Positions 11,136 through 24,060 of a DNA stretch of 64,000 nucleotides are shown piece after piece. This DNA comes from Octopus vulgaris (taxonomy: Eukaryota). The stretch covers positions 129,208,001 through 129,272,000 of the forward strand of contig OX597815.1 of the NCBI GenBank assembly GCA_951406725.2, written 5' to 3'. The first letter of the stretch is position 1. The number at the start of each line of letters is the position of its first letter. Made by a program: the position numbers and the translations under genes. The notes beneath the pieces were generated by a model. It searched no databases, was not told where the DNA came from, and saw only the letters and a list, made by a program, of their open reading frames with translations.

Positions 11136-13589
11136 TACTCTCGAGTCCAAAATAATAGGGATATGTGGAATAAGCTGGTGGGTTGGACATTTCCATAAAT
11201 TCATATCAGCAGGTGAGTTGGAAAATTGGTAATTGTATAGTGGTAACTGTATAAAATTCTAAAATTTATAAGTTGTCTCCCTTGTTTTTTTAAAAACCAG
11301 TTATTTACTCTTAGGTCTCAAATAATAGTGGTGTGAGGAATTAGCGGGTGGGTTGGACATTTACTTAAATTCATATAAGCGGGTGGATTCGAATAAACAG
11401 GGGTGCGTAACTGTATAGTGAATGTATGAAAATCAGGAAAAAAAGCATCTTAAAGCACATATAACGACACAACGAGGCAAAAGAAATGAGCAAGGAGTGA
11501 AATTAGCACATACATGTTCTTCAAATGCTCGCTTTAATTAAGCTATACATTTGGATAATAAAAATAAGACATTTGTTAATTATGGGATATATTTTCTTTT
11601 TAAACGCTGTGGACTAAAAAGATACTGATACAAGCAACATGTTTTCAAAAGAAATTAAAATAAAACACATTGATAATAGGAGGATTTAAACAAAATTTGT
11701 CTAAGAAATAACAACGCATACTCCATATGTTCTTCAAATAATCCTGAATGCGCTCAACACATTGTTCTTTGGAGACTGAAATGCATTTGTTTGGAAATTT
11801 CAGTGATATCCTGAACTCTTTTTGCCAACCTTTCATCTAGCATTTTGAAAAATAAATCTTTTCCTCAGTTAGTGTATCTGGGTGCTGGCAAATCCACTCC
11901 TCATAAAATTTCTCAGCCTGTAATAGGAAAAGAGTTTGTGGTGATATCGCATGCAGCGATATTCTAACAATATCTCTCTCATGCTTGGTACTTTTGTTTT
12001 ACAAACTCCTCCAGTGACTCTGAAACGTTTCTTTGGACTTTTTTCAGCACTGTCAAGTTCACCTTTCAGATATTTTTCATAACAGCATTTGGCTACTTTA
12101 ACAGCAGAATCAAACAGTCGATCAGAGTTTTTGACACCAGCCAAATTCAAGTAAAACAAACAAACTGCTTTGGTGAGATATTCCTGTTTCAGGGTGTCTG
12201 GGACATGGCATTTCCTTTTAGCATCTTAATGAGTTTTCCCTTTCATTCACTCTAATTCAGAATCATACTCCTCATTGCATTTGTTCATGATAGCAAGTGC
12301 TTGCTTTTCTTCTATAGAATAATTTCCATACGTTGCACCATGAAATACTCTTTTCTCTATTATGATGTTATGAAAAAAAGTTCAAAGAGAAATTACTTGA
12401 GTTGTGTTGACGTTGTTAAATCCTTATTCTGTAAAATGCTTGTCTTGTAAGGATAAACAGTTCATCATTGAAGTTCTTAGTTTGTGTGAATTTGTGTTGG
12501 TGATTGCTAGAGAAATTGTAGAGAAATTGAAAACAAAGATTTGTTGACTACAGTGTAGAGTGGCAGTAAACTCATGCACATTACAGACTGAGGCAGTTGA
12601 CCAGCCTCAAGTTTTTATAAACTCTGGCTGGTTGTAAAGCATATATTATGACAGCAATTTCTTTGTTTTATATGTGTCCTGAAGCAGATGTGTTGTGTCT
12701 TGAAATGATTGATCTTCTTAAGGTTGAAAGTTATCAATGCCCTAAAATGCTGAAGGGTCACCCATGTGAATGTTGATTACATATACTGAGGATAAATATT
12801 TTTTCTTTCATGCGTTATGAAAACAAATACAACACTCCAGGTTTTCTTCCCATTCCTGTCATCTGTTATTTTTTTGTTTTTGTCATGCTGATTCATAATT
12901 TGTGTCAGTATAAATGATAATGAATTCCTCAGAGTTTCTTGTTTTGTACTAGTACTAGTAACGGGAGTCAGTTTAATCAACTTCCCCTTCACTTTAAATT
13001 GCTGGCCTTGTGCCTAAATATCAGGCAACATGCCTTGAAGTATAGAGTTATGGCCCATTACATTCTGAGTTCAATCCTGCACCAGTAATGTACTGAGCTG
13101 CTTTAATCCACTTGTTCTGCCCCACAAATTGTTGACCTTGTGCCTAAATGAGAAATCATTATTTAAAATTTTCTACGCTGTCACCCTTGATTTTATTTTT
13201 TAAACCAAAATTAGTTATTTAGCTTATATATCCTATGTATTTTATAACAAAAGGTATTACTTGTAATGTTTTTGTTATATATAATGTTTTTAACATAAAA
13301 TAAAATAATCATTAGATTCTCCAGCTGTTCTATCAATATAAATAGCTTCCAAAAAATTTCACCAGAGATAGATTGATAAAATTTAATAAGGAGGGAGGGT
13401 TGGAATAAAAATAGGGGGAGATATCTTGAAAATTAATAAGCCAGGGGAGGGATAAAAGCAGTGTGTGAAAAAAATCTGAAAAATTAATAGGCAGGGATGC
13501 TGGAATAAAAGCGGTGGTGGGGCATTGGAAAAAATCTGAAAATTAATAAGTGTGTGTTGGGGGTGATGATTATTCAAGACACCAGAGTA
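11136..13589 (-). mobile_element. Degenerate pogo/Tigger-like DNA transposon
   Basis: Termini TACTCT...AATAAT / ATTATT...AGAGTA, subterminal direct repeats (11136-11270 vs 11306-11430; aaaattaata units 13380-13550), and transposase fragments KRFRVTGGVCKTKVPSMREIL and WQKEFRISLKFPNK...PPIIN resembling a CENP-B-type HTH leading to the DDE start. Confidence 0.65.
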
Positions 13590-14049
13590 TATCTAAGCTC
13601 AGTATAAAACTTATTAATAGATATAATGATGGTAGTCCCTTGAAGTGCAAGAAAGCTGGTTCTGCAATTTCTTGCTGAACAACCTGAACAAAAGATTCGT
13701 TTATAGTAAGCAAATGCGCTGTACATTAGCACACTCTCTCCATTGAATCAATGTTGCTTGAATAGGTTCACAATGTGCCACATGTCAGGTGTCAACGTGA
13801 ATGCAGAGCAACATGAGATGAAGTCTTTTGCTCAAAAACAGAATGCACCACCCAGTTCAGGAATTGAAACCATAATCTTGTGATTCTGAGGGCAACACCC
13901 TATTCATTAAGCTATACACTGTCACAATAGATATAGTAACCATTAGAATATTCACACATTTTTTCCAACAAGAAACTATTTATTTCAGCAGCATAGTTTC
14001 AAGTACTGGAACAAGAATTTTAACAGCTGTTTGGTTACTCTTATACTTT

Positions 14050-14412
14050 TTTCATTTGTTTCAATCATTTGACTGTGGCCATGCTGGAGCACCACCTTTA
14101 GTCAAGCAAATCGACCCCAGGACTTATTCTTTGTAAGCCTAGTACTTATTCTATCCAACTCTTTTGCCAAACCACTAAGTTACGGGGACGTAAACACACC
14201 AGCATCGGTTGGGAAGTGATATTGGGGGGGACACAGACACACATATATACGACAGGCTTCTTTCAGTTTCCATCTGCCAAATTCCCTCACAAGGCTCTGG
14301 TCGACCTGAGGCTATAGTAGAAGACACTTGCCCAAGGTACCACATTGTGGTACTGAACCCAGAACCATGTGGTTGATAAGCAAGCTACTTACCACACAGC
14401 CACTCCTACGCC
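14050..14412 (-). mobile_element. Full-length tRNA-derived SINE
   Basis: Reverse complement of ggagtggctgtgtggtaagtagcttgctt...ggttcagt.ccac...cttgggcaagtgtcttctactatagcc...cagtcaaatgattgaaac. Same family as 45131-45520. Confidence 0.88.
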
Positions 14413-14659
14413 TATTCTTTTGCAGGAAGATTTGAGATACTTGAAGAAAAGGGTAGCCATTTGGAGAGAGGTCTCAGTAAGCTAGATGAGTTAGAGTTTT
14501 GTAGCTCAGTTTGTTCAATATCTGTAAACTCATCTGTGAGGTGCGGTTAGATGCTGTCATAGAGAATTGATCTTTTTATACTGACTAATGCCTTATTAAA
14601 TGTGGCAGTTCTTGTATATTTTGTTGATTTTCTGAGAATATTTCTCTGCTGAGATTACT

Positions 14660-15364
14660 TTGCCACAAGCCATTTACCAATTACCAAACAGTGACCCTAA
14701 CCTTCTTTTTATGCAGCTTCAGGATGGAAAATGTTCCAGTGCTTCACTTTGGTCCAGTCACTGTAGTCAATAGTTGTAAACAATCCATTTTTCATCACAA
14801 CTCACAACATATTGGAAAGATGTGCAGATCATACTATGCAATGGTGATTTTATTTTTTTGTCTTTAGTTTCATTCAGCTCATGTGACACCCATTTGTTGA
14901 ACTGTTTTGACTTTCCAATGAAGTGCAAATATTAATTCTTGAATGGTCATCATTTAGTTATGATGCAGTCTCAGTTGGTTGTTGTCAATGGCAGGAGGCT
15001 GTCTGTGGCCTCCCTTATCTTCAAGGCTTCCATCTGCACTATGAAATTTGGAAACCAATGTTGAGCTGTTTAGTCTCTGATGGCTCTTTATCCAAATGCT
15101 TATCTGATATTGCAAGCATTTTTCTGCTACTTTGCATTCCAACCAGAATTCACACATTAAAATCACTCAAATTTGTTTCCCTCCACCACTATCTTCAAAA
15201 TAAATAATCAAAGCAAAACTATTATTATAAATCAGGAGACTGGGAACTGTATTCAAAAATGGTATATTTCATAAACATAGTTGAATAATAAAAAAAAAAA
15301 TTCCAAAACAAGTGCCAAAGTTTATAATTATAAGAACTGCAATTATTTTTTGCACCAACTTAAT
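14660..15364 (-). mobile_element. Decayed mariner (Hsmar1-like TIR), 5' half
   Basis: TIR TATTAAGTTGGTGCAAAAAATAATTGCAGTT at 15335-15364 (minus). Transposase relics SLEDKGGHRQPPAIDNNQLR, WVSHEL-like and CDEKWI.Y motifs. Confidence 0.75.
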
Positions 15365-16890
15365 AAATGTAAAAAAAATTAAAAAAAAAAAACTTCTGAT
15401 AACTTAAAAACAAAAAAAAACCCTCAACTTAACCCATAAACTTATGTCCCTAAGATATTGTGCTAGAACAGTATCACTGAAAAACAGGAAATTACTTGCA
15501 GGAAATTCTACACTAAAACTAACTGCAGGTTACATGCACAAACTACAATCTGTGAGGTCAAGTTACCTTCATATAATGCAATATCTGTTGAATATTAAAT
15601 CTCACAATTTCCTGCCAAATATTCTAATCCCATACCAGAAAGATTCCTTTCAGTTTTTCTAAATTATCCAACAAAGAATAGACAGTATTACCATACAGAC
15701 AAAACTATTCCTCTCCCAACAAATTAAAGCAGTCACATTTTATGGTCCTTTAAGAACCAATTGTACTTTTCACACTAATAAGTCTTTAGCTTGATATCCC
15801 ACATCTAACTCATTTTTCTAATCATTCCACATTAACTGTATCATGTGCAATTAATTCTTCACTAATTAAAAATAAAATCTTCAAGTTTCCTAATGAGGTA
15901 CTAGTCATGATCTTCAAAAACTGCATCTGAATTGGATTCTACCCTCATTAAACTCTACACTATTTCTCTCATATTTTGTGCTCTTACTTCAAATGTGGGA
16001 TCCAGCAATCATAAACTCTTCTGCAAAGAAAGCAATTCATCTGCTCCCTAAAAGTTAGTTTATGTGTTCAACCATTCAACCACAACTATCACTGCAGTCA
16101 ATAGTTGTAAAGAATGTTTTTAACTAAAGTTAAAGACATTAGGGGACATTGAGAAGGAAAAGGTGGGTTAAAAGTATTAGTTATCTTGATTAAACTTAAA
16201 ATAAAATTTTTCACACATAATAATATGCAGACTGTGGTGGAGTTTACAAAGAGCTTTTTTGGAAATTAGCAGTTGAGTGTTATCTCCCTTGTTGAATAAG
16301 AATTCCTTGGAATTATGGGTTTGGAGTTTTGCCATGAGGATATTTGATGACTTCAACAAATTATTCATCTTATATTAATTTATTTCTGAGTTGACTGGTG
16401 AAGGAATTTAAGTTATTAACTCTTTAGCCAGCAGGCTAGTATTTTAACAACTTAGCCAGCATTTTGCAAAATATAGTTATGGATTTGTTGGGAGAAGCAA
16501 GTGGTTAACAGAACTAAGAGAGAAGGAGGAGAAAGAGAGAGAGAGTCCAGAGTGAGGTTGGCCGAAGACAAAACATGAGGGGATGGAATTTTCAGGATTT
16601 AGAGTAACATAATTGAACAATTGGATTTAACTTGCCATCTAAGCAATTAAAACTTAAAAAGACTTTAGATATTGCAATTTTTCCTTAATCCCTTTTTTGA
16701 ACATATCTTTGTTGAAACACAATTCCTTTCCTTCAATTAATTTTGAAATGATGAAGAATTTAGCAGACTGATCTTGTCATTAATAAGTTGATATTCAGAA
16801 ATTTTGACATAAGTTTTAAATTTAGATCTCTTTAAAACAGGAACTTTGTACCAAGTAATCAGGGATGATCTCAGGTGGATTGGTATCAAA

Positions 16891-17558
16891 AAAGGATTTA
16901 AATAACAACAACAACAGCAACAAAGAAAAACAGGATAATTGTCTCATTATCAATTACTTTTTAACTCATTTCAAATCAAAATTAGCAAAGTGAAAAGATA
17001 GCCTTGATTAACTTTTGAGAAAATACTGAAACACTAATGCTAAACTTTCTTAGTAGCTATCTTTTTCAGGTTATCCAATATTAAAATGAATAGGAGTAAT
17101 AAAATTAGGAGATCATCAAAAAATACTGTGAGATAAAATCAAAAATGCTGTTCAGTTTCTAGAATTCTGAACTTCATCTCATTTAACACCAACCTTGATA
17201 TAGGACTGTATTAATCTCTACCAAAAGGATTTAAATAACAACAACAACAGCAACAAAGAAAAACAGGATAATTGTCTCATTATCAATTAGTTCTGTTCAG
17301 ATCTGTTAACATCACTAACTTAATGAAAAGATAGCCTTGATTAACTTTTGAGAAAATACTGAAACACTAATGCTAAACTTTCTCAGTAGCTATCTTTTTC
17401 AGGTTATCCAATATTAAAATGAATAGGAGTAATAAAATTAGGAGATCATCAAAAAATACTGTGAGATAAAATCAAAAATGCTGTTCAGTTTCTAGAATTC
17501 TGAACTTCATCTCATTTAACACCAACCTTGATATAGGACTGTATTAATCTCTACCAAG
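16891..17558. repeat. Near-identical ~333 bp tandem duplication with a swapped internal segment
   Basis: 16891-17222 is repeated at 17223-17556. The copies match except for a ~34 bp block. Confidence 0.9.
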
Positions 17559-17939
17559 AAGAAAGAAGAGGACTTTGAAAATTGTTTGAGAATTGTTTGA
17601 ATGAGCTTGGTGTGAGGAATAGGAGTAATTTTAATCATCCAAGCTTTGAGTTCTGTTCAGATCTGTTAACATCACTAACTTAATTCAATAATATGCCTTA
17701 AATTAAGTTCATCTTAATTCATAGCCCAAATTAAGATTTCAGTTGACTCATCAAATTCAACTAAGTGTGTACAGAAACCAAAATCAGGTTATCTAAATTA
17801 CTTAAACACCAGCAAAAAATAAATGCAATAAAAAGCTTGAAGCTTGAGATGTCCACCACTGTTAACCTTAATAAGGCCAAAATTCTCAAGATTTTCTTGA
17901 GAAGTATATATTAACAGAAATGCAAATGTGGCTATAGAT

Positions 17940-18270
17940 GCAGGCATGACTATGGTAAGAAGTTTGCTTCCCAATCAGATGGTTCTGGGTTCAAACCCAT
18001 TGTGTGGCACATTGGGCATGTGTCTTCAAAGTATCTGAAAGAAAGCCATCATGTATATGTGTGTGTGTGTATGCGTCTTTGTGACTATGTTTGTCTCCCA
18101 CCACTGTCTGACAGCCAGTGTCGATATGTTTACATCCCTATAACTTAGCAGTTCAGCAAAATAGACCGATAAAATAAGCACCAGATTTGGAAAGAATAAG
18201 AACTGGAGTTGATACATTCAACTAAAATTACTCTCCATTGCTGCAGTCTCATGACTGAAACAAGTAAGAT
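17940..18270 (+). mobile_element. Degenerate tRNA-derived SINE
   Basis: tggtaagaagtttgcttccc...ggttcaaaccc...cttagcagttcagcaaaatagaccgata...gactgaaacaag. Confidence 0.75.
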
Positions 18271-18489
18271 ATATCAAAAAAGAAAAAAGAGGAATAGTAA
18301 ACAAAAGTAACACTACTAATAAGCATCTGTAAGAAAATAATACATTTCAGACTAATAATATCTTAAGCATTAAGTAATACAGTGTTATAGTATTCTTGGT
18401 GTATTCAAGTTACATTTCTGTTATTGTTAAGGTATGAAAAAACTAAAGGCATATATATGTCTTTTAAAATAATAATTATTATTACTTAC

Positions 18490-18709
18490 GTGTCGTCAAT
18501 ACCCAGGATGATGAACTAAGCAGTGCAGTAATATTGTATAAAGTTCCGGGGTGAAGATTTTTAATTGTAAATGAGGTTGCATTGCCAGATACGCTAGGGT
18601 TAGATAGTAAAGTCTGATTGCCAGCAAATCTGACCTCTACAGCAGATGTATTAATATTAGAGGCAGAAATCTTAATAGAGGTTGAAGTTAAGACGTGTGA
18701 AAAGACCAC
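18490..18709 (-). CDS. Exon: end of signal peptide plus first FN3-like domain
   Basis: ttttacag| acceptor, 220 nt (phase 0 to 1), VVFSHVLTSTSIKISASNINTSAVEVRF...SFTIKNLHPGTLYNITALL...VLTT with the FN3 'L.PGT.Y' motif, |GTAAGT donor. Confidence 0.9.
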
Positions 18710-18777
18710 CTGTAAAACAAAATTTTATTATTTAACCATTCGATAGCTAAAACAAAAATTAAAAACAATTACTTTAG

Positions 18778-20150
18778 AAAGGGGGTGGGTGTGCTGAAAG
18801 TGTAACGGCTAGAGTAAGAATAGCCTGGGCAAAGTTTAGGGAGCTCTTACCTCTGTTGGTGACTAAAGGCCTCTCGCTCAGAGTAAAAGGCAGACTGTAT
18901 GATGCATGTGTACGAACAGCCATGCTACATGGCAGTGAAACATGGGCCGTGACTGCTGAGGACATGCGTAAGCTCGCGAGAAATGAAGCTAGTATGCTCC
19001 GTTGGATGTGTAATGTCAGTGATCATAGTCGACAGAGTGTAAGTACCTTGAGAGAAAAGTTGGACCTAAGAGGCATCAGATGTTGTGTGCAAGAGAGACG
19101 ATTGCGCTGGTATGGTCATGTGGCGAGAATGGATGAAGATAGGTGTGTGAAAAAGTGCCACACCCTGGCAGTTGAGGGGACCCGTGGAAGAGGTAGACCC
19201 AGGAAAACCTGGGTCGAGGTGGTGAAGCACGACCTTCGAACTCTAGGTCTCACCAAGGAAATGACCAGAGACCGAGACCTATGGAAGTATGCTGTGCGTC
19301 AGAAGACCCGGCAAGACCAGTGAGAACAATCAAAATCAAATCATATATCAGAAAGCAGGGGTTAAGTGACCCATCTGTTCGTGTCCACGGTCAGCCTCGT
19401 CTGGCACCCGTGTCGGTGATACGTAAAAGCACCATTCGCTCGTGGCCGTTTGCCAGCTCTGTCTGGCCCCCGTGTCGGTGACACGTAAAAGCACCATCCG
19501 TTCGTGTTCGTTGACAGCCTCGCCTGGCCCCATGCCGGTGACACGTAAAAGCACCGTCCGTTCATGGCCGTTTGCCAGCTCCGTCTGGCCCCGTGTCGGT
19601 GGCACATAAAAGCACCGTCCGTTCGTGTCCGTTGCCAGCCTCGGCTGGCCCCCGTGCCGGTGACACGTAAAAGCACCGTCCGTTCATGGCCGGCCCCGTT
19701 GCCAGCTCTGTCTGGCCCGTCGTGTCAGGTGGCACGTAAAAGCACCATCCGTTCGTGTTCGTTGCCAGCCTCGGCTGGCCCCCGTGCAGGTGACACGTAA
19801 AAGCACCGTCCGTTCGTGGCCGTTTGCCAGCTCTGTCTGGCCCCGTGTCGGTGGCACGTAAAAGCACCATCCGTTCGTGTCCGTTGCCAGCATTGCCTGG
19901 CCCCGTGCCGGTGACACGTAAAAACACCATCCGTTCGTGGCCGTTCGCCAGCTCTGTCTGGCACCTGTGCAGGTGGCACGTAAAAAACACCCACTACACT
20001 CGCGGAGTGGTTGGCGTTAGGAAGGGCATCCAGCCGTAGAAACACTGCCAAATCTGACTGGGCCTGATGAAGCCTTCCGGCTTCACAGACCCCAGTTAAA
20101 CCGTCCAACCCATGCTAGCATGGAAAGCGGACGCTAAATGATGATGATGA
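18778..20150 (+). mobile_element. Young 5'-truncated RTE LINE (uninterrupted ORF C-terminus, 3' UTR tandem array, (GAT)n tail)
   Basis: ORF 18856-19323 KGRLYDACVRTAMLHGSETW...RRLRWYGHVARM...RGRGRPRKTW, typical of the RTE C-terminus. CpGs are retained. Confidence 0.93.
19370..19990 (+). repeat. GC-rich tandem array of about ten ~60 bp units in the RTE 3' UTR
   Basis: AAAAGCACC recurs about every 60 bp from 19426 to 19981, in two alternating unit variants. Confidence 0.9.
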
Positions 20151-20894
20151 TACCTTTAAATGCCTGTGATAAGTCATTGTTAATGAGGTTTTAATTTTCC
20201 AAAATATCAACTTTAATGATGGAACAATTTCTAATATTTACACCAAACCAATAGAAGATGAGTAGATTGGTGTTGGATTCAAGATTGTTAGGTCATAGGT
20301 TCATTTCTCAGGTGCAGGGTGGTGAGGAGGAGGGAGTTGTGGCATTGAGCAGAGTACTTTATTTAATGTTGCTTCACTGAAAAGTATCAGTAACAGCTGG
20401 TGTGCAGGGTGGGATTAATATTTCAATGGATTGGTACCCTATTGAGGGGGAATTCTTGTACCCTCAGTAATCTAAATGCTTCAGAAATCTAGATAAGATC
20501 TAGCTTCATGAGTCTGTATACTCACGGCAAACATCTATGTTCCATTGATGTAATTTCCCCTCGTCATCAGGTGTATTATTTGGTTCACTTGCCAAATTCA
20601 GCTTTAGAGACATAAGTCTACATCAAGGCTGAGAAACCAATATGATGACACAAACAACCCAAACAAACAGCTATCTAAATGACCTAAACTCCCCTGATAG
20701 GCTTTGTATCAAATTCCTATGTCTAGTTAGTATATGAATTTTAAAACTCTTGATTTAGAAATAAAGATTCCTGGTGCAAATCTATTTCCAGTACTTTAGA
20801 CATATCAAGAAATAAGGCACCGAATAATGACTGGAGATGTAAATGATGAAAATATAATGTAGAAGATGAGAATAATTTTACTAAATATTTTGAT

Positions 20895-21340
20895 ATCATC
20901 ATCATCATCATCGTTTAACATCCGTTTTCCATGCTGGCATGGGTTGGATGGTTTGACTCATCTGGCAATGTTTCTACAGCCGGATGCCCTTCCTAACGCC
21001 AACCACTCCAAGAGTGTAGTGGGTGCTTTTTACGTGCCACTGGCACAGGAGCCAGTCAGGCAGGCCTAGCATCGATCACATTCAGATAGTGCTTTTTACA
21101 TGCCACCAGCATGGGAGCCAGTCAGATATATATATATATATATATATATATAATAAATATAGAATGGGCTTCTTTCAGTTTCTGTTTTACTAAATCCACT
21201 ATAAGGCATTGTAATAAGTGTAGTGGGTGCTTTTTACGTGCCACCGGCACAAAGAGCACAAAGAGCCAGGGAGTACTGGCATTGGCCAAAATCAGTTGGT
21301 GCTTTTTACGTGCCACTGGCACAGGAGCCAGTCAGCGACA
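20895..21340 (-). mobile_element. RTE-tail repeat fragments
   Basis: catcatcatcgtttaacatccgttttccatgctggcatgggttgga...ggatgcccttcctaacgccaaccactcc. Confidence 0.8.
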
Positions 21341-21399
21341 CCTAGTCTCTCATTAAGTGTCTATGACCAAAAGAAGTTATATCTACTAACAGTTTAAAA

Positions 21400-22420
21400 A
21401 AAAATTTGATAGCATTCTCTTCATCATATACGCAGCCATCACATTCTGTTAAAATGTCTTACCATTGTGTTTGGTTTCTTTCCCTGATGAGAAGATTGCA
21501 TTGTTTTACACTATTTAATTCCTTCTGGAATAATACCAATGTTGTCTTCAAAACATAGGTCAGAAGTAAATGAATTTGAATAACACCTGCATTTAACTCC
21601 ATTTATTTATTTATCTATATTATACAAAATATTTCACTGAAACCTGGAGTTTCTACCTTTATAAATAGGCTGTTACATCCTTGTTACTTGTGTGAATTTT
21701 TGCTGCCCTGGTAACTGTTTATTCATTTTTTCTATTATTTGTAAACACTGGAAAAAACACATACATTTATATACACTTCAACCAGGTTTCCATTTAACCT
21801 GCTAATAAAATAGTTACCACATATGGAGTTATTTGATATAAATGCATCTCTTAAGGATCTACCCATTCCCCTAAGGAAGGTTTTCCTTAAGCAACTCATT
21901 AGTAAGAAAACTCCTTTATTTACCATATTAGTTGGCTTGCTTTTTTTCTTCGACAATAAAGACATTAAACAGCCCTCTAACAATCCAGCTTCTGAATTCA
22001 AAAAATTGTTTAAATCTAAAAACAGTCCTCCACCTAACCCAAGATTGAAACAGTTTGAAGATGATCTCTGGTCTATCATGAGGAATGTGAAATTCCACCG
22101 TTCACTCTTAAGGAATAAACACATGAGGTATCTTCACAATATCACCAAAGAAATTCATAGCATGGATGGGATACTAGTTCAATCTGATAAAACAGGAATC
22201 CTGTACAGGCTTACCAAGGACTATTACCTAGAATTGCTCAGAAAAGAAATACAAAAGAATTATAGGATTATCAGGAAAGCCAATCTTGAGGCTAAGAAAA
22301 TTATGGAAAAATGTGACTTACAGATGAAGACAAAACCCCTTTTTATTTTAAAAGATCACAAACAAAATTTTTCTACGACTTATTTGTCTTTCTAGCTCTG
22401 ACATCCTTCTAAAGAAGCCT
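21400..22420 (+). mobile_element. Penelope-like element 5' part (pLTR plus N-terminal/pre-RT ORF)
   Basis: ORF 21823-22395 FKSKNSPPPNPRLKQFEDDLWSIMRNVKF...ILVQSDKTGILYRLTKDYYLELL...FILKDHKQNF matches the PLE pre-RT 'DKT..Y' and 'KDHK' motifs. Confidence 0.82.
21479..21566 (+). ncRNA. Decayed hammerhead with long stem II, upstream of a PLE ORF
   Basis: CTGATGA (21484) - gaagattgcattg...caatgttgtcttc (13 bp stem II) - AAAAC (GAAAC with G>A at a CpG) - atag - GTC - agaag. Confidence 0.65.
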
Positions 22421-22434
22421 GTTGTATGTGTGTG

Positions 22435-22474
<40 letters not shown>

Positions 22475-22632
22475 ACAGGCTTCTTTCAGTTTCCGTCTAC
22501 CAAATCCACTCACAAGGCTTTGGTCGGCCCAAGGTTATAGTAGAAAGACACTTGCCAAAGATGTCACGCAGAGGGACTGAACCCAGAACCACATGGTTGG
22601 TAAGCAAGCTACTTACCACACAGCCACTCCTG
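22475..22632 (-). mobile_element. tRNA-derived SINE head fragment
   Basis: ggcttctttcagtttccgtctaccaaatccactcacaaggc...gctacttaccacacagccactcc. Confidence 0.85.
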
Positions 22633-22854
22633 TGGCTATTTTCTCTCTATGAGTTAAAAATGTTTAATTCATGGAGAGAAAATTACCATACAGATAAGTT
22701 AACATTTCTTTTTACTAACATTTCTTTTTCCTACTTTTATTCCAAATTTCTGTTCATTATTTACTAAAGTAAAAATTATTCCAACAACTTCTAGTTATAT
22801 AATTTTAGTTTGTCATGTCTTTATATAGGATGTAAATAGCAAAATACGTTCAAA

Positions 22855-22971
22855 TATGCTAGACCTGAAGATTGGCAATATAATCGTTTTAATATGGTAT
22901 TGTATTTAGAGACATTCTATTTCAGCAATATCGAGGAATATGTGGTCATGAAATGCACGTAGTAAAGTATA
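22855..22971 (+). ncRNA. Decayed hammerhead with long stem II
   Basis: tatgctagac-CTGAAGA-t-tggcaatat...atatgtggtca-t-GAAA-t-gcac-GTA-gtaaagtata. Stem I 8/10 paired. Stem III is consistent with a CpG-decayed ACGCGCGT. Confidence 0.55.
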
Positions 22972-23141
22972 TGATTTGAAATAAGAATTAAAGGTATTAA
23001 TTTTGATAATTTGGAATAAGAATTGTAGGTATTAATTATGATAATTTTAATATTTAGTCCTATATGTACCTATTGTGGATAATGTCATTCAGTGATGATT
23101 GAGTTGCTTGAGGGTGATTCTGTCTCTTAAATCTATCTATC

Positions 23142-23175
<34 letters not shown>

Positions 23176-23275
23176 ACACAGTGAGTAATTCATTTTAGTA
23201 CCACTAAATCGAACTTCTCTCCCCGGTGGACTCAGAAATAACTTCCCTAATATTAATAATAATATATGTACATAT

Positions 23276-23997
23276 AACGCGTCCTATTAATCGAAGACTT
23301 TGATTTCATAATTTTTCTTCTTTTTACCTATGTGAGTTACAAATATTGTTATCTGTGGAGACATATTTTGTAGGAAAAAGAAATAGTGGTCTTTTGGCTG
23401 ATATTTCTAAATTTTTGGTATGTGGTGAAGCAACTTGTTGCTTAACCCTTAATTATTGTTATAATTATATAAAAAACTTTTTGTATAAATTTTTACCGAA
23501 TATGGTACTTTTCCATACCAAAAACTACTTGGTAAATTTATTAAATTAATAATTCTTTACCCTATATCTGTAATGATTATTTTACTCCCTGATAACAAAA
23601 CTGCAGATCTCTTTCTGCGGTACTATCTTGTGACGCACATGGTAAACTTGGAGGGAAATACAAATTCACTCGTCTATATAAGTTTGGATATGCTAACTGC
23701 CTTGTATTATGTTCTGATGGCACTTGATCAGAAATGTAAAGGGTAAGTTCTAGCATTTTCAAATTTATAATTCTCGAAATATTATGTTGACAAAGGCAAT
23801 GAATTTTTATAATTCTAATCAAGAAACACGTCCATAATTAATCGAAGACTGTTTGATTTCATAATTTTTCTTCTTTTTACCTATATGAATTACAAATATT
23901 GTTATCTGTGGAGATACATTTTGTAGGAAAAAGAAATAGCAGTCTTTTGGCTGCTATTTCTAAATTTTGTGGTGAAGCAACTGTTGCTTAACCCTTA

Positions 23998-24000
<3 letters not shown>
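23276..24000 (+). mobile_element. Non-coding element with ~175 bp direct terminal repeats and a decayed hammerhead (pLTR/retrozyme-like)
   Basis: 23276-23453 is repeated at 23825-24000. At 23781-23838: attatg-TTGACAA-...-GAAAC-ac-GTC-cataat (perfect 6 bp stem I). Flanked by (TA)n and (TG)n. Confidence 0.6.

Positions 24001-24060
<60 letters not shown>

Noticed and set aside
19370-19990. CRISPR-like repeat/spacer appearance
   Set aside because: The 'spacers' are homologous to each other, the array is the 3' UTR of an RTE LINE, no cas genes are present, and the DNA is eukaryotic.
19281-20108. Overlapping ORFs on both strands
   Set aside because: They arise from the GC-rich tandem array and show no domain signature.
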